64,000 nucleotides of DNA from Planctomycetales bacterium (GCA_030606285.1 JAUWGS010000002.1:125612-189611); one strand, 5' to 3'; shown: positions 26,715-38,123, counted from the stretch's first letter. The notes: generated by a model from the letters alone, not told the origin. A program made the numbers and translations.

Positions 26715-28781
26715 ATGTCTGCGCTGTCGCACATTCGGAACGTGGGGATTGCTGCCCACATTGACGCGGGTAAAACCACGCTCACTGAACGCATACTCTT
26801 CTACACCGGCCGCCAGCATAAGATAGGCGAGGTCCATGACGGCGCAGCCACCATGGACTGGATGATCCAGGAGAAGGAGCGCGGAATCACCATCACCAGC
26901 GCATGCACCTATTGCTCCTGGCTCGGCCACACAATCAACATCATAGACACTCCCGGCCATGTGGACTTCACGATGGAAGTCGAGCGCAGCATGCGCGTGC
27001 TGGACGGTCTCATTATCCTGCTGGATGCGGTAGCGGCGGTGCAGCCTCAGACCGAGACTGTCTGGCGGCAGGCGAATCGCTACCGGGTGCCGCGCATCGC
27101 CTTTGTCAACAAAATGGACCGCGCGGGTGCTGACTTCGTCAACGTTGTTGCCCGGATGCGGGAGAAGCTGATGGCGCCGGCCGTCGCGGTGCAGCTACCG
27201 GTGGGTGAAGAAGAGGATTTCCGAGGTGTGGTGGATCTGATCGACGGGAAGGCGTACTACTGGGAGGATGAAGACCTGGGCCAGACCTATAAGGCCGGTG
27301 AAATACCGGAGGAAATGCTGTCCGGTGTTGTGCAGCGCCGTCGTGAGCTTGTCGAAAAGATTTGCGAACGCGATGAAGGTCTTATGGAGAAGTACTTTTC
27401 AGAGCAGGAAATAGCTCCGGAAGACCTGCGGAAGGTTCTGCGACGGGCGACCTGCGAGGGCTCACTGGTTCCAGTATTCTGCGGCTCGGCGTTCCGCAAC
27501 AAGGGAGTCCAGCTTCTCACTGACGGGATCGTACACTACCTTCCCGCGCCGGACGAGGTTCCACCTGTCAAAGGGGAAAACCTGAAGACCGGCAAGGACG
27601 AGGAGCGCCCGGCGGATGAAAACGCTCCTTTTGCCGCGCTGGCATTCAAGATCGCCACCGATCCCCATGTGGGGAAGCTGACATTCGTGCGGGTGTATTC
27701 CGGCCGGATGAAGAAGAGCGGCACGGCGCTCAATGTGCGGGTTGGCAAGCGCGAGCGCTTCTCGCGGATTCTCCGCATGCACGCGAACCACCGCGAAGAG
27801 ATAGACGAAATCACCGCCGGCGACACCGTCGCTGTGGTCGGCCTGAAGAGCGCGACCACCGGCGACACGCTCGCAGATCCCAAGCATCCGATACTGCTTG
27901 AGATGATCCACATACCTCAGCCGGTGCTGGAAGTTGCGCTTGAGCCAAAAACCCAGGGCGACCAGGAGAAGATGGCGGTATCACTGGCGAAGCTGTCGGA
28001 GGAAGACCCGACGTTCAAATACAAGACCGACGAGGAGAGCGGCCAGGTTGTCATCTCCGGGATGGGGGAACTCCATTTGGAGATTATCGTAGACCGGCTG
28101 CTTCGTGAATTCAGGCTCGCCGCCAAAGTTGGCCGCCCCGAGGTCGCGTACCGCGAGACTGTGACCAAGCGTGTGGAAGGTGTTGAAGGTAGATTCGTCC
28201 GTCAGACCGGCGGTCACGGCCAGTATGGGCGCGTGACCATAAACCTGTTCCCGCAGACCGATAAAGGGGAGTTCTCCTTTAAAAGCCTCATCGGCGGCGA
28301 TGTCATACCACGGGAGTTCATCCCTGCGGTTAAACAAGGGGTGCGCGAAGCGCTGACTTCGGGCGTGCTGGCGGGATATCCGGTTGTGGGTGTAGGTGTA
28401 GAGCTGATCGACGGCTCGCACCATCCGGTCGACAGCAGCGATCTGGCGTTCCGCATCGCCGGTTCCATGGCGACCCGCGAAGCCCTGAAGAGGGCATCGC
28501 CCGTATTTTTGGAGCCGATGATGAGTGTCGAAGTGATCGTCCCCGATCAGTACCTGGGGGACATCGCCACTGACCTTAACACGCGGCGTGGTCGCGTGGG
28601 AGCGTTTGAGAAGGCTGAGGAGAACCTGCGTGCCATCCACGCAAAGGTGCCGCTGGCCGAGATGTTTGGATATGCAACCGATCTGCGCTCGCGCACCCAG
28701 GGGCGCGGGACTTTCACCATGGAGTTTGCCCGTTACGAGCCGGTGCCCCCGGAGAAGGCACGGGTCTCAGCCATGGCGTGA
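26715..28781 (+). CDS. fusA: elongation factor G
   Basis: G-domain [23 protein letters not shown]; 688 aa. Confidence 0.9.
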   Translation: MSALSHIRNVGIAAHIDAGKTTLTERILFYTGRQHKIGEVHDGAATMDWMIQEKERGITITSACTYCSWLGHTINIIDTPGHVDFTMEVERSMRVLDGLIILLDAVAAVQPQTETVWRQANRYRVPRIAFVNKMDRAGADFVNVVARMREKLMAPAVAVQLPVGEEEDFRGVVDLIDGKAYYWEDEDLGQTYKAGEIPEEMLSGVVQRRRELVEKICERDEGLMEKYFSEQEIAPEDLRKVLRRATCEGSLVPVFCGSAFRNKGVQLLTDGIVHYLPAPDEVPPVKGENLKTGKDEERPADENAPFAALAFKIATDPHVGKLTFVRVYSGRMKKSGTALNVRVGKRERFSRILRMHANHREEIDEITAGDTVAVVGLKSATTGDTLADPKHPILLEMIHIPQPVLEVALEPKTQGDQEKMAVSLAKLSEEDPTFKYKTDEESGQVVISGMGELHLEIIVDRLLREFRLAAKVGRPEVAYRETVTKRVEGVEGRFVRQTGGHGQYGRVTINLFPQTDKGEFSFKSLIGGDVIPREFIPAVKQGVREALTSGVLAGYPVVGVGVELIDGSHHPVDSSDLAFRIAGSMATREALKRASPVFLEPMMSVEVIVPDQYLGDIATDLNTRRGRVGAFEKAEENLRAIHAKVPLAEMFGYATDLRSRTQGRGTFTMEFARYEPVPPEKARVSAMA

Positions 28782-28805
28782 GCGCAAACAAGACAGAGGA
28801 AACAT

Positions 28806-29111
28806 ATGGCTCAAAAGATTCGCATCAAACTTAAAAGTTACGATTACAAGATACTCGACGAGAGCGTGAGCCGCATCGTGTCAACGGTGGAGCGCAGCGG
28901 CGCGCGCGTGGTTGGGCCTATCCCGCTGCCGACGGAGAGACGCGTGTTCTGCGTCCTGCGGAGTCCGCATGTGGACAAGAAGAGCCGCGAGCATTTCGAG
29001 ATACGGACTCACAAGCGGCTCATCGACATTCTTCATCCGACCACTCAGACCGTGGAGCATCTCTCGTCGCTTGATCTGCCTGCGGGCGTTGACATTGAAC
29101 TCAAGGTTTAG
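28806..29111 (+). CDS. rpsJ: 30S ribosomal protein S10
   Basis: [18 protein letters not shown]... Directly follows fusA with no tuf between. Confidence 0.9.
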   Translation: MAQKIRIKLKSYDYKILDESVSRIVSTVERSGARVVGPIPLPTERRVFCVLRSPHVDKKSREHFEIRTHKRLIDILHPTTQTVEHLSSLDLPAGVDIELKV

Positions 29112-29138
29112 TAAATTTGAATTTCGCGGAGCAATCCG

Positions 29139-29981
29139 ATGATCCCCACTATAAAGGGTGAAAAGCTGGGAATGACGTCGGTGTTTGACGGGGCTGGCAC
29201 GACGCTGGCGGTAACGCTCGTACGCCCGTACCCCGCCGTTGTCACCCAGATCAAGACGCCCGAGCGGGACGGCTACTCGGCGCTCCAGCTCGCCTATGGC
29301 GAGACCTCTCCCAAGCACGTGAACCGTCCGACCCGTGGGGTCTTTGACCGGGCAGGGGTCGGCAAGTCGTACGCCCGGTTCTACGAGGTCCGGGTGCCCG
29401 AAGGAGAACTGAACGATTTCAAGCTCGGCCAGGAGATTGCGCCGGCTGAGTTTCTTCTTGGCTGGGCGGAGGTTGACGTAGGTGGAACTTCCAAGGGGAA
29501 GGGTTTCGCCGGTGGCGTGAAGCGATGGGGCTTCCGCGGGCAGTGCCGCAGCCACGGCGACCCGGACAATCGCCGTCCGCAGAGCAGCGGGGCAACCGAT
29601 CCAGCGCGCGTGTTTAAAGGTGCCCGCAGGCCCGGGCAGATGGGAAATGCAAAAGCGACCGTCAAGTCCTGCGCGGTATTCGAGTATTACCGTGCGCTTA
29701 ACGTCTTGGTGATTCAGGGCTCAGTCCCCGGACCGACGGGTGTGGAACTGACCATTACTGTGACCAAAGAGTTCACGCCAGAAGAGCTTGCCGAGCACGA
29801 GGCTCAGATTACGCTGGACGAGAAGCAGGCGGCGATGCTGAAGACTGATGAGCCCGAGGCGGAAGCCCCGGTGCCGGAGTCCGACGAGGCTGCGGAAGCC
29901 GCTGCGGAGGCTGAGGTGGCGGAGAAGCCGTCGGGTGAGAGCGAAAGCAGCACCGCAGCAGGCACCGAGGAGGGTCAATAG
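29139..29981 (+). CDS. rplC: 50S ribosomal protein L3 with ~70-aa acidic C-terminal extension
   Basis: L3 core recognisable (N-terminal TLAVTLVRPYPAVVTQIKTPERDGYSALQLAYGE; GKGFAGGVKRWGF); tail EAEAPVPESDEAAEAAAEAE. Confidence 0.85.
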   Translation: MIPTIKGEKLGMTSVFDGAGTTLAVTLVRPYPAVVTQIKTPERDGYSALQLAYGETSPKHVNRPTRGVFDRAGVGKSYARFYEVRVPEGELNDFKLGQEIAPAEFLLGWAEVDVGGTSKGKGFAGGVKRWGFRGQCRSHGDPDNRRPQSSGATDPARVFKGARRPGQMGNAKATVKSCAVFEYYRALNVLVIQGSVPGPTGVELTITVTKEFTPEELAEHEAQITLDEKQAAMLKTDEPEAEAPVPESDEAAEAAAEAEVAEKPSGESESSTAAGTEEGQ

Positions 29982-29983
29982 CG

Positions 29984-30679
29984 ATGGCTGTGACTTACGA
30001 GACCCTCACTGAGATACCCGAAGTCGTAGTGGACAAGGTGAACTACGGCCACATTTCAGCGGCCTACCGCCGGCAACGTGTGCATGCGCATCCGCGCATG
30101 GCAAAGACAAAGAAGAAGGCTGAAGTCCGTACTTCCAAGGCGAAGTGGTTCCGTCAGAAGGGCACGGGCCGCGCTCGGCAGGGCGCGCGCAACAATCCCC
30201 ACCTGCGCGGTGGCGGAGTCGTGTTTGGCCCCATTCCGGGACAGCGCACAGTCGGGTTGAATAAGAGAGTGCGGCGCAGTGCTCTGCTGTCCGCGCTGAG
30301 ATACCATCTGGAAAACGAGTCGGTCAAGATTATCAAGGGCGGTGAGTTCGAGGGCTACGTAAAGACGCGGGACGCCTATGCTGCATTGCTGGACAGCGGA
30401 TTCAGCGGGAGCGGGCTCGTTGTCATACCGCGCGGAGCGCCGGTGACGCGGGCGCTGCGCAACATCGCTGGGATAAACGTCCTGTCGCCGGATCGGCTCA
30501 ACGTGGGCGATCTTGTGGATGCGCACTTCATCATCTTTACCGAAAGAGCGCTGGCGGATGCCCGGCAGCACCTTGCAGGCGCTGCGATTCCTGCGGAGTC
30601 CGAGCTTACTCCCGTAACGGAGCCTGATAGCGACGAAGACGCTGCGACCGAGGTGGGAGGTGTCGACGATGAGCTGTGA
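29984..30679 (+). CDS. rplD: 50S ribosomal protein L4 (with C-terminal acidic tail)
   Basis: WFRQKGTGRARQGARNNPHLRGGGVVFGP motif. Confidence 0.85.
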   Translation: MAVTYETLTEIPEVVVDKVNYGHISAAYRRQRVHAHPRMAKTKKKAEVRTSKAKWFRQKGTGRARQGARNNPHLRGGGVVFGPIPGQRTVGLNKRVRRSALLSALRYHLENESVKIIKGGEFEGYVKTRDAYAALLDSGFSGSGLVVIPRGAPVTRALRNIAGINVLSPDRLNVGDLVDAHFIIFTERALADARQHLAGAAIPAESELTPVTEPDSDEDAATEVGGVDDEL

Positions 30680-30968
30680 AAGGCACCCGAGCGACATCAT
30701 CCGCTATCCCATCATCTCCGAGAAGTCGATGGACTATACGGAGCAGGGCAAGTACATCTTTGTTGTCTCACCGGGCGCAACAAAGGCGGAAATACGCCGC
30801 GCGGTTTCAGAGCTATACAACGTGGATGTTGTCAAGGTCAATGTGGTAAACCTCCCGCGCAAGCCTAAAACGTGGGGCAGGTACAGATACAAGACCGGTA
30901 AAGTGCGGAAGGCCATCGTGACTTTGGCGGAAGGCCAGACAATCCCGCAGATTATGGAGGCTGTGTAA
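30660..30968 (+). CDS. rplW: 50S ribosomal protein L23
   Basis: IRYPIISEKS...KAEIRRAVSELYNVDVVKVNVVNLPRKPK. True start may lie a few codons downstream. Confidence 0.8.
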   Translation: MSTMSCERHPSDIIRYPIISEKSMDYTEQGKYIFVVSPGATKAEIRRAVSELYNVDVVKVNVVNLPRKPKTWGRYRYKTGKVRKAIVTLAEGQTIPQIMEAV

Positions 30969-30971
30969 CCA

Positions 30972-31799
30972 ATGCCGCTCAAGACCTTCAAGCCGTACAC
31001 CGCCTCACGCCGGGGTATGCAGACAACGGACTACTCCTCGCTCACTGGCGGCCGGGTACCCAAGACTCTGACGGAGCCGAAGCGTAAGAGCGGCGGGCGG
31101 AACAATCTGGGCCGCACCACGGTTCGGTTCCGTGGCGGCGGCAACCGGCAGCGCTATCGCAAGATAGACTTCCTCCGTCGGGAGCAGGGCGAGGCCGAAG
31201 TCGTTGCGCTGCAGTACGACCCCAACCGCAGCGCCTTCATTGCCCTTGTGCGCTACCGTGGCACGGGCAAGCTTTCGTATATCCTTGCACCGGAGGGGAT
31301 CAAGGTCGGCAATGTGGTTCAGTCCGGAGAGGCGGCTCCGATAAAGCCCGGCAATGCATTGCCGCTCAAGAGCATCCCTGACGGGACCTTCGTTCACAGC
31401 GTCGAGCTTCGCGCGGGATCTCGCGGAAAGCTCGTACGGGCTGCCGGTACCTACGCGCAAGTTATGGCGAAAGAAGGCCGGCGGTGCATTTTGCGCCTTC
31501 CGAGCGGTGAAATGCGATACGTGCCGGTTGACTCCTACGCGACTATCGGCCGTGTGAGCAACGTGGAGCACGAGAACGTGAAACTGGGCAAGGCGGGACG
31601 CAGGCGCAATATCGGGCGGCGCCCCCATCCGCGCGGTGTGCATATGAATCCGGTGGATCACCCGCTCGGTGGCGGCGAGGGAAAGAGCAAGTCTGGACGA
31701 CCGCCCTGCAGCCCCACCGGCGTCATCGCCAAGGGGTTCAGAACCCGGCGCAAGGGTAAGTCAAAGGTTCACCAGGTAAAGGACCGCCGACAGAAGTGA
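30972..31799 (+). CDS. rplB: 50S ribosomal protein L2
   Basis: GGGNRQRYRKIDF...HPLGGGEGKS. Confidence 0.9.
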   Translation: MPLKTFKPYTASRRGMQTTDYSSLTGGRVPKTLTEPKRKSGGRNNLGRTTVRFRGGGNRQRYRKIDFLRREQGEAEVVALQYDPNRSAFIALVRYRGTGKLSYILAPEGIKVGNVVQSGEAAPIKPGNALPLKSIPDGTFVHSVELRAGSRGKLVRAAGTYAQVMAKEGRRCILRLPSGEMRYVPVDSYATIGRVSNVEHENVKLGKAGRRRNIGRRPHPRGVHMNPVDHPLGGGEGKSKSGRPPCSPTGVIAKGFRTRRKGKSKVHQVKDRRQK

Positions 31800-31818
31800 T
31801 GCGAGGTGACTACATAGT

Positions 31819-32103
31819 ATGAGTCGTTCAACAAAGAAGGGACCGTTTGTGGATGATCACCTGTTAAAGAAGGTGCTGAAAATGAATGAAACTGGCGAGA
31901 AGCGCGTGATACGCACCTGGTCGCGGCGCTCCACCATCGTGCCGGAGTTCATCGGTCACAATTTCGAGGTGCACAACGGTAAAAAGTTCGTGCCGCTTTA
32001 CGTTTCCGAAGAGCTTGTGGGCCACAAACTGGGAGAGTTTGCGCCCACGCGGACTTTCCGCAGCCACATCAGGGACGAAAAGAAGGCGCGGCTGAGAGGG
32101 TAA
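31819..32103 (+). CDS. rpsS: 30S ribosomal protein S19
   Basis: [19 protein letters not shown]...[17 protein letters not shown]. Confidence 0.9.
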   Translation: MSRSTKKGPFVDDHLLKKVLKMNETGEKRVIRTWSRRSTIVPEFIGHNFEVHNGKKFVPLYVSEELVGHKLGEFAPTRTFRSHIRDEKKARLRG

Positions 32104-32107
32104 TACT

Positions 32108-32683
32108 GTGAGTGTCACGGCCAGACTGAGGTTTTTGCGGGTCTCGCCCTTCAAGGTGCGCAAATACGCGCAGCTGTTCAAGGGCAAGGGCATTGAAGAA
32201 GCGCGCGCCATACTGTCGTATCATCCAAGCCCGACCTGTGACGACCTTCTGAGGCTGCTCAATTCCGCGGTCGCCAACGCCGAGAACAACCACGAGTTCG
32301 ATCCCGAGCTTATGGAGGTCAAGAACGTCCTGGTCGACGGTGGAATGACCCACAAGCGGTGGCGGCCGCGCGCCCGCGGACGGGTGAACCGGATTCGCAA
32401 GCGCACCTCCCACGTGCTGATTGAGATTGACCTCAAGGAAGAGTTCAAAGTCAAACCTACGGCTGAAGTGGAAGAGCCGGTGGAGGAGAAGCGCCCCCGC
32501 CGCCGCGCCGCGAAGAAGGTACCGAAGGAAGCCGTCAAGAAGCCGAAAGCTGTGGCACCGGAAACCGGCGTCGCCGAAGAGGCTGAGACCGAAGAAATGA
32601 CGGAGGCTGCCGAGCAGCCTGCCAAAGCTGAGCCACGCGAGCGCGTGGTCGCGGAGGAAACAGGGGAGGAGACTGAGGAATAA
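32108..32683 (+). CDS. rplV: 50S ribosomal protein L22 with ~75-aa Lys/Glu-rich C-terminal extension
   Basis: L22 core then KVKPTAEVEEPVEEKRPRRRAAKKVPKEAVKKPK... tail. Confidence 0.85.
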   Translation: MSVTARLRFLRVSPFKVRKYAQLFKGKGIEEARAILSYHPSPTCDDLLRLLNSAVANAENNHEFDPELMEVKNVLVDGGMTHKRWRPRARGRVNRIRKRTSHVLIEIDLKEEFKVKPTAEVEEPVEEKRPRRRAAKKVPKEAVKKPKAVAPETGVAEEAETEEMTEAAEQPAKAEPRERVVAEETGEETEE

Positions 32684-33348
32684 TGGGCCAAAAGACTCAT
32701 CCAATTGGGTTCAGGCTTAAGCAAACGACCACCTGGAGCGCGGTGTGGTTCGCCAACCGGCGCAACTACGGTGACCAGCTCGTCAAGGACATGAAGGTGC
32801 GGCTGTACCTTGACCGGGAGCTGCGCAGCGCCCAGGTATCTCGTGTTGAGATAAAGCGCTACGTCGGTCGCTTCATCGTCAACGTATACTGCGTGCGTGT
32901 CGGCATCGCGGTCGGGCGGGGCGGCAGCCGGCGCGAGGAGCTTCGCCGCGGGATTACAAGGATTGTGGGTGAAGGCGAGGTTCACCTGGACTTCTACGAG
33001 GAGTCCAACCCGGACCTCTCTGCCGCCGTGGTCGTGAACAACATCTGTGCCCAGCTGGAGAAACGCATCAACTTCCGCCGCGCACTGAAGCAGCAGCTCA
33101 GGCGCTGCGAGCAGGCCGGCGCCAAGGGCGTGAAACTGATGGTGGCTGGACGCCTGAACGGTGCTGAGATGTCGCGCACTGAATGGTACAAGCGCGGGCG
33201 CATCCCGCTGCATACACTCCGCGCCAAGATTGACTACGCCGCCGACGTGGCGCGGACAACCTATGGTTCGATCGGCGTGAAGGCGTGGATTTACACGGGC
33301 GACGTGGTGCCGGAACGGTCGGAGCAGGAAGCTGGAGGCGAGAAGTAA
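32683..33348 (+). CDS. rpsC: 30S ribosomal protein S3
   Basis: [25 protein letters not shown] (KH domain). Confidence 0.9.
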   Translation: MGQKTHPIGFRLKQTTTWSAVWFANRRNYGDQLVKDMKVRLYLDRELRSAQVSRVEIKRYVGRFIVNVYCVRVGIAVGRGGSRREELRRGITRIVGEGEVHLDFYEESNPDLSAAVVVNNICAQLEKRINFRRALKQQLRRCEQAGAKGVKLMVAGRLNGAEMSRTEWYKRGRIPLHTLRAKIDYAADVARTTYGSIGVKAWIYTGDVVPERSEQEAGGEK

Positions 33349-33761
33349 TGCTCGTTCCCAGCCGCGTCAAACACCGTAAGACTCAGCGCCGCCGTATGAA
33401 GGGTAAGGCCTATCGCGGCAGCACAGTGCACTTCGGCCAGTTTGGGCTGAAGGCGTTGGAGCCCGCCTGGATCACTGCCAACCAGATAGAGTCCGCTCGC
33501 ATCGCCATCAACCGCAAGATCAAAAAGTCGGGCAAGGTCTGGATACGGATATTCCCCGACAAGCCGTTCACGAAGAAGCCTGCCGAGACCCGGATGGGTT
33601 CAGGCAAAGGCTCTCCGGAGGGCTTCGTCGCAGTTGTGCGCCCCGGGCGCGTCATGTTTGAGGTGGAGGCACCGAGCGAAGAGCTTGCCCGTGAAGCGCT
33701 CGTCCGTGCATCTCACAAGCTGCCCATAAAGACCCGAATCGTGGAGCGGGACAACCTGTAG
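33348..33761 (+). CDS. rplP: 50S ribosomal protein L16
   Basis: [19 protein letters not shown]; TAATG overlap with rpsC. Confidence 0.9.
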   Translation: MLVPSRVKHRKTQRRRMKGKAYRGSTVHFGQFGLKALEPAWITANQIESARIAINRKIKKSGKVWIRIFPDKPFTKKPAETRMGSGKGSPEGFVAVVRPGRVMFEVEAPSEELAREALVRASHKLPIKTRIVERDNL

Positions 33762-33770
33762 GAGAAACCG

Positions 33771-33977
33771 ATGGCTCGCAAGACACAGCTGGCGGAAATG
33801 CGGAAGCTTAGTTTGCCTGAACTGAGGAAACGCTTGCGCGACCTCAAGAACGAGCATTTCGAGATGCGTTTCGAGAGGATTTCGGGCAAGCTGGAGAACT
33901 ACCGCCGATTGCGCGAGCTGCGTCGTGAAATCGCCCGCGTGCAGACGCTGATTACCGAAATGGAGATGGGAATCTGA
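33771..33977 (+). CDS. rpmC: 50S ribosomal protein L29
   Basis: 68 aa, [17 protein letters not shown]. Confidence 0.85.
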   Translation: MARKTQLAEMRKLSLPELRKRLRDLKNEHFEMRFERISGKLENYRRLRELRREIARVQTLITEMEMGI

Positions 33978-34468
33978 TGCCGCGCAAGACCAAAGTCGGC
34001 AAGGTCGTTTCCGACAAGAACGCCAAGACCATTGTGGTTGAGGTGCACCGTCGAAAGAAACACCCGCGCTACCACAAGTACATCAAGGTGCGCAAGCGCT
34101 TCATGGCGCATGACGAAGAAGAGCGCGCAACAGTGGGTGACATCGTCCGTATAATCGAGAGTCGACCCCTTTCAGCACGGAAGCGCTGGGAGCTCGCGCA
34201 GATAGTCACTCGCGGTGTGGGGCCCGAAGTCCAGCTGCAGGACGAAGAAGGACTCGTCGAAGCGCTCGGTGGCAAGGTCGCTGAGCAGGAGGCGGATGAG
34301 AAGGTCGAGCAGGCCGAGGGCGAGACCGTGGAAGAGATCGTAGAGGTGGAGGCGAAAGCTGCATTAGTGGAAGCCCCTGCACCTGCACCTGAGGCCGATG
34401 CCGGTCCCGGTGGCGACGAGATAACGGATGAGAACAAGGCCGCTTCGGAGGAGCCCGCAGGGGTGTAG
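33977..34468 (+). CDS. rpsQ: 30S ribosomal protein S17 with ~80-aa acidic C-terminal extension
   Basis: S17 core [44 protein letters not shown] then EEQ/EAD-rich tail. Confidence 0.85.
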   Translation: MPRKTKVGKVVSDKNAKTIVVEVHRRKKHPRYHKYIKVRKRFMAHDEEERATVGDIVRIIESRPLSARKRWELAQIVTRGVGPEVQLQDEEGLVEALGGKVAEQEADEKVEQAEGETVEEIVEVEAKAALVEAPAPAPEADAGPGGDEITDENKAASEEPAGV

Positions 34469-34471
34469 GAA

Positions 34472-34843
34472 ATGATACAGCAGGAAACAAGGCTGCTGAT
34501 TGCTGATAACACGGGCGGAAAGGAGCTCCTCTGCATCCGTGTCCTCGGACGCTCCACGAGCAAGTACGCGTCGGTGGGAGACCTCATCGTGGGAACCGTG
34601 AAGGTGGCTAGCCCGCGCGGCCAGGTGAAGAAGGGCCAGGTCGTCAAAGCAGTGGTGGTGCGCACCAAGTTCCCGCTGAAGAGGCAGGACGGCTCGGTGG
34701 TGCGGTTCGACGACAACGCATGCGTCATCATAGATGCCGAGACGCGCAACCCGCAGGGCACCCGGGTGTTCGGGCCTGTTGCGCGGGAACTCCGTGAGCG
34801 CGGCTTCATGAAAATCGTATCGCTCGCCCCGGAGGTGCTTTGA
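34472..34843 (+). CDS. rplN: 50S ribosomal protein L14
   Basis: [26 protein letters not shown]. Confidence 0.9.
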   Translation: MIQQETRLLIADNTGGKELLCIRVLGRSTSKYASVGDLIVGTVKVASPRGQVKKGQVVKAVVVRTKFPLKRQDGSVVRFDDNACVIIDAETRNPQGTRVFGPVARELRERGFMKIVSLAPEVL

Positions 34844-35163
34844 TGAAGCTGCACGTAAAGAAGGGTGATGAAGTGATGGTCATTGCGGGGAAGGACCGGG
34901 GGCGCAAGGGTAAGATCCTGCGCGTCTTCGCCAAGAAGCGCAAGGTCGTCGTGGAAAACATAAACGTGTACAAGCGGCATCAGAAGCCAACGAAACAAAA
35001 CCAGGCCAGCGGGATAATCGAGAAGCCGATGCCGATGGACATCAGCAACTTGATGCTTATCGATAAGACGTCGGGAAAGGCGACTCGCGTCGGCCGCAGG
35101 CGGATTGAGGGCAAGTGGCTTCGATATAGCCGCCGCAGCGGGGAGCTGATCGACGCCAAGTAG
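34840..35163 (+). CDS. rplX: 50S ribosomal protein L24
   Basis: [27 protein letters not shown] (KOW). Confidence 0.9.
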   Translation: MMKLHVKKGDEVMVIAGKDRGRKGKILRVFAKKRKVVVENINVYKRHQKPTKQNQASGIIEKPMPMDISNLMLIDKTSGKATRVGRRRIEGKWLRYSRRSGELIDAK

Positions 35164-35171
35164 GTGCTGTT

Positions 35172-35747
35172 ATGGGTTTACCGAAATCAAGATTGCACGA
35201 AGCGTACGATAAGGAGGTTAAGCCGGCGCTGATGCGCGAGCGGGGGCTGAAAAACGTGATGGAAGTCCCCCGGCTCGTGAAGGTCAAGGTGAATATCGGC
35301 GCGGGTGAAGCCAAGGACAACCAGAAGGTTCTGGACGGCGTCGTGCGCACGCTGACGGTCATCACCGGCCAGAAACCCGTCATAACGCGCGCAAAGAAGT
35401 CTATCAGCAACTTCAAGCTGCGCGAGGGGCAGCCCGTTGGAGCCACGGTGACTCTGCGGGGCGAGCTGATGTGGCATTTCCTGGACCGGCTCGTGAACAT
35501 TACGCTGCCGCGAGTGCGCGACTTCCAGGGCGTGAGTGTGCGGGGTTTCGACGGGCGCGGCAGCTACAGCCTCGGGCTGCGCGACCAGCTCATATTCCCC
35601 GAGGTTATTTTTGACGAGGTTGAAGTGATAAAGGGCATGCAGGTCACAGTCGTCACGACCGCGAAGGACGACGCGCTGGCTGCCGACCTGCTCTATCGCT
35701 TGGGCATGCCCTTCCGCGACTATAAGGTAACCAAGGAGGTTGCATAA
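35172..35747 (+). CDS. rplE: 50S ribosomal protein L5
   Basis: [37 protein letters not shown]. Confidence 0.9.
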   Translation: MGLPKSRLHEAYDKEVKPALMRERGLKNVMEVPRLVKVKVNIGAGEAKDNQKVLDGVVRTLTVITGQKPVITRAKKSISNFKLREGQPVGATVTLRGELMWHFLDRLVNITLPRVRDFQGVSVRGFDGRGSYSLGLRDQLIFPEVIFDEVEVIKGMQVTVVTTAKDDALAADLLYRLGMPFRDYKVTKEVA

Positions 35748-35751
35748 CCGG

Positions 35752-35937
35752 ATGGCGAAGGTCTCTAAAGTCATGCGCAACCAGCGGAAGTACAAGTTCG
35801 CAATCAGGCACCGGAATCGGTGCGCGATATGCGGACGGCCGCGTGGATACTATCGGATGTTCAACATCTGCCGCGTGTGCTTCCGGGAGTTTGCGCTTAA
35901 AGGATACCTGCCTGGCGTGACCAAAAGCAGCTGGTAG
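35752..35937 (+). CDS. rpsZ: 30S ribosomal protein S14 type Z (zinc-binding, 61 aa)
   Basis: [16 protein letters not shown]...[23 protein letters not shown] (C4 zinc ribbon). Confidence 0.85.
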   Translation: MAKVSKVMRNQRKYKFAIRHRNRCAICGRPRGYYRMFNICRVCFREFALKGYLPGVTKSSW

Positions 35938-35947
35938 GAGAAGCAGT

Positions 35948-36361
35948 ATGCAGACTGACCCGATAGCAGATTTCATAACTATCATCCGCAATGCGGTGAG
36001 GGCACGCGCAAGGGATGCGGTCACGCCGCACTCGAAGATGCGCGAGGCCATCGCAAGCATCCTCGCCAGAGAGGGCTTTATCGACCGGATTGAGGTGTTT
36101 GACGAGCGCCGACAGAACCGGAAGTTCAAGCGCCTGCGCGTGCACATGCGGTATTACGATGAACTGCGCCACAAGGGGCCGCTCACGCACATTGCCCGCG
36201 TGAGCAAGCCGAGCCGGCGCGTGTATGCGGGCGCATCGGAGAATAAACCTTTGCGTGGCGGTGTGGGTGTTCGTATCCTATCCACTTCCAGTGGAGTGAT
36301 GACGGATAACGAGGCTCGCCGCAGGAACGTCGGCGGCGAGGTTCTGGTGGAGGTCTGGTAA
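35948..36361 (+). CDS. rpsH: 30S ribosomal protein S8
   Basis: MQTDPIADFITIIRNAVRAR. Confidence 0.9.
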   Translation: MQTDPIADFITIIRNAVRARARDAVTPHSKMREAIASILAREGFIDRIEVFDERRQNRKFKRLRVHMRYYDELRHKGPLTHIARVSKPSRRVYAGASENKPLRGGVGVRILSTSSGVMTDNEARRRNVGGEVLVEVW

Positions 36362-36363
36362 CG

Positions 36364-36921
36364 ATGTCTCGCGTTGGCAAGAAGCCTATAAATATACCGG
36401 CTGGCGTCGAAGTGAGCATTGATGGCCGCACCATCAAGGCGAAGGGTAAGCTCGGTGAGCTTTCCTACGAAGTGCCCGAACGGATTACCTGGGAGCTTAA
36501 GGAGAATATGCTCACCTTTGCGCGTGAGAGCAACCTGCCTTCAGTGCGTGCCCTTCACGGCCTGGCGCGCGCCCTCGTACAGAACATGATCACCGGTGTC
36601 TCCGAGGGCTTCGCCAAACGGCTGGAAGTTCGCGGAACCGGATACAGGGCCAACGTCTCCGGTAACACGCTGACGCTGAGCGTGGGGCTGTCGCATCCCA
36701 TAGTTGTCGAGTTCCCCGAGAATGTGACTGTCAAGGTGGAGGGGACAACGTCGCGGGAGCAACTTCCCACAACGATCGTTTCCGTGAGCGGCATCGACAG
36801 GTCTGTGGTGGGCCACTGGGCCGACCAGGTCCGGCGCTCCCGCCCACCTGAGCCATATAAGGGCAAGGGCATCCGTTACGAGGGTGAATACGTCAGGCGC
36901 AAGGCTGGTAAGACCGGCTAA
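36364..36921 (+). CDS. rplF: 50S ribosomal protein L6
   Basis: MSRVGKKPINIPAGVEVSIDGRTIKAKGKLGEL. Confidence 0.9.
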   Translation: MSRVGKKPINIPAGVEVSIDGRTIKAKGKLGELSYEVPERITWELKENMLTFARESNLPSVRALHGLARALVQNMITGVSEGFAKRLEVRGTGYRANVSGNTLTLSVGLSHPIVVEFPENVTVKVEGTTSREQLPTTIVSVSGIDRSVVGHWADQVRRSRPPEPYKGKGIRYEGEYVRRKAGKTG

Positions 36922-36933
36922 TGAGGTTGCCGA

Positions 36934-37299
36934 ATGGCGAAGATTACTGACAGACGCAAAATGAGGTTGGTGCGGCACCGGCGGCTGCGCAAGCAGATGT
37001 CGGGCGCTGCCGACCGCCCACGCCTGTGCGTTTTCCGCAGCAATCGTCAGCTTTACGTTCAGGTGATTGACGATACGAAGGGGCGGACGCTTGTCTCTCT
37101 TTCAACGCTGTCTCCCGACATGAAGGAAAAGCTCACCGGCAAGCCGGTGGAGCAGGCCGGTCAACTGGGTGCCGAGCTGGCGAAGCAGGCGCTCAACGCG
37201 GGCGTCAAGGAAGTCGTCTTTGATCGTGGCGGGCACAAGTTCCACGGTCAGGTAAAGGCGCTTGCTGATGCCGCACGCGAGGGCGGCCTGCAGTTCTAA
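36934..37299 (+). CDS. rplR: 50S ribosomal protein L18
   Basis: [29 protein letters not shown]. Confidence 0.9.
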   Translation: MAKITDRRKMRLVRHRRLRKQMSGAADRPRLCVFRSNRQLYVQVIDDTKGRTLVSLSTLSPDMKEKLTGKPVEQAGQLGAELAKQALNAGVKEVVFDRGGHKFHGQVKALADAAREGGLQF

Positions 37300-38123
37300 T
37301 GAGGAAACCTATGCGTTACTACCGACGCGACAGACGTGATCGACGAACGGAGCAGGAGGACACCAGGTTCAAGTCCGAAGTGCTCTACATCAACCGTGTA
37401 GCCAAGGTGCTCAAGGGAGGTCGGCGTTTCCGCTTCACCGCTCTAGTTGCTGTCGGTGACAGTGAGGGCAAGATTGGGCTGGGGCTGGGTAAAGCTCCCG
37501 AGGTCGTGGAAGCGATTCACAAGGGCGAAGAACTCGCCAAGAAGAATATGGTGGATATCTGCCGGGTGGGCACCACAATCCCGTTCGGGATAAAAAAGAC
37601 CTACTGCTCGACCACAGTCCTTCTCCGGCCCGCGCGCGAGGGCGCCGGCATTACCGCTGGGGGCACGGCACGTCCGATACTGGCCCTGGCGGGGCTTTCG
37701 GACTGCACTGCAAAGTTCTTCGGCAGCAACAACCGCGTGAACTGTGCAAGGGCGACTTTCGAAGCTCTCAAGAGCATCGAAAGCCCGGCGGAAACTCTGA
37801 AGCACCGGCGAGACCGCAAGTATCGCATCGAGTCCCATCGTGCCGTCCGCGTGCCTGTAGAGGGGGAGGAGGCTGGAGCTAAAGCTGCTCCCAAAGCCCC
37901 CCCCACCGAAGCCGCTCCGCAGAAGGCTGCGCCTGCTGACGCTCCCGCGGCAATTCCCGTGCAGGCTGACGCGCGACCGTCCGAGGAAGCCGCTAAGCCC
38001 ATTGAGAAGCAGGCGCCTCCTCCTCCGGCAGCAGCAAAGAGCGTTGAGCCTGCCGATTCAGCTGAACCTGAAGGTGGGGCGGCTGAGGAGCCCGATTCGT
38101 CTGCCGTGGGGGTGGGTGAATAG
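37299..38123 (+). CDS. rpsE: 30S ribosomal protein S5 with ~100-aa Ala/Pro/Glu-rich C-terminal extension (no L30 gene follows)
   Basis: S5 core VLYINRVAKVLKGGRRFRFTALVAVGD then a long tail. rplO follows immediately. Confidence 0.85.
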   Translation: MRKPMRYYRRDRRDRRTEQEDTRFKSEVLYINRVAKVLKGGRRFRFTALVAVGDSEGKIGLGLGKAPEVVEAIHKGEELAKKNMVDICRVGTTIPFGIKKTYCSTTVLLRPAREGAGITAGGTARPILALAGLSDCTAKFFGSNNRVNCARATFEALKSIESPAETLKHRRDRKYRIESHRAVRVPVEGEEAGAKAAPKAPPTEAAPQKAAPADAPAAIPVQADARPSEEAAKPIEKQAPPPPAAAKSVEPADSAEPEGGAAEEPDSSAVGVGE

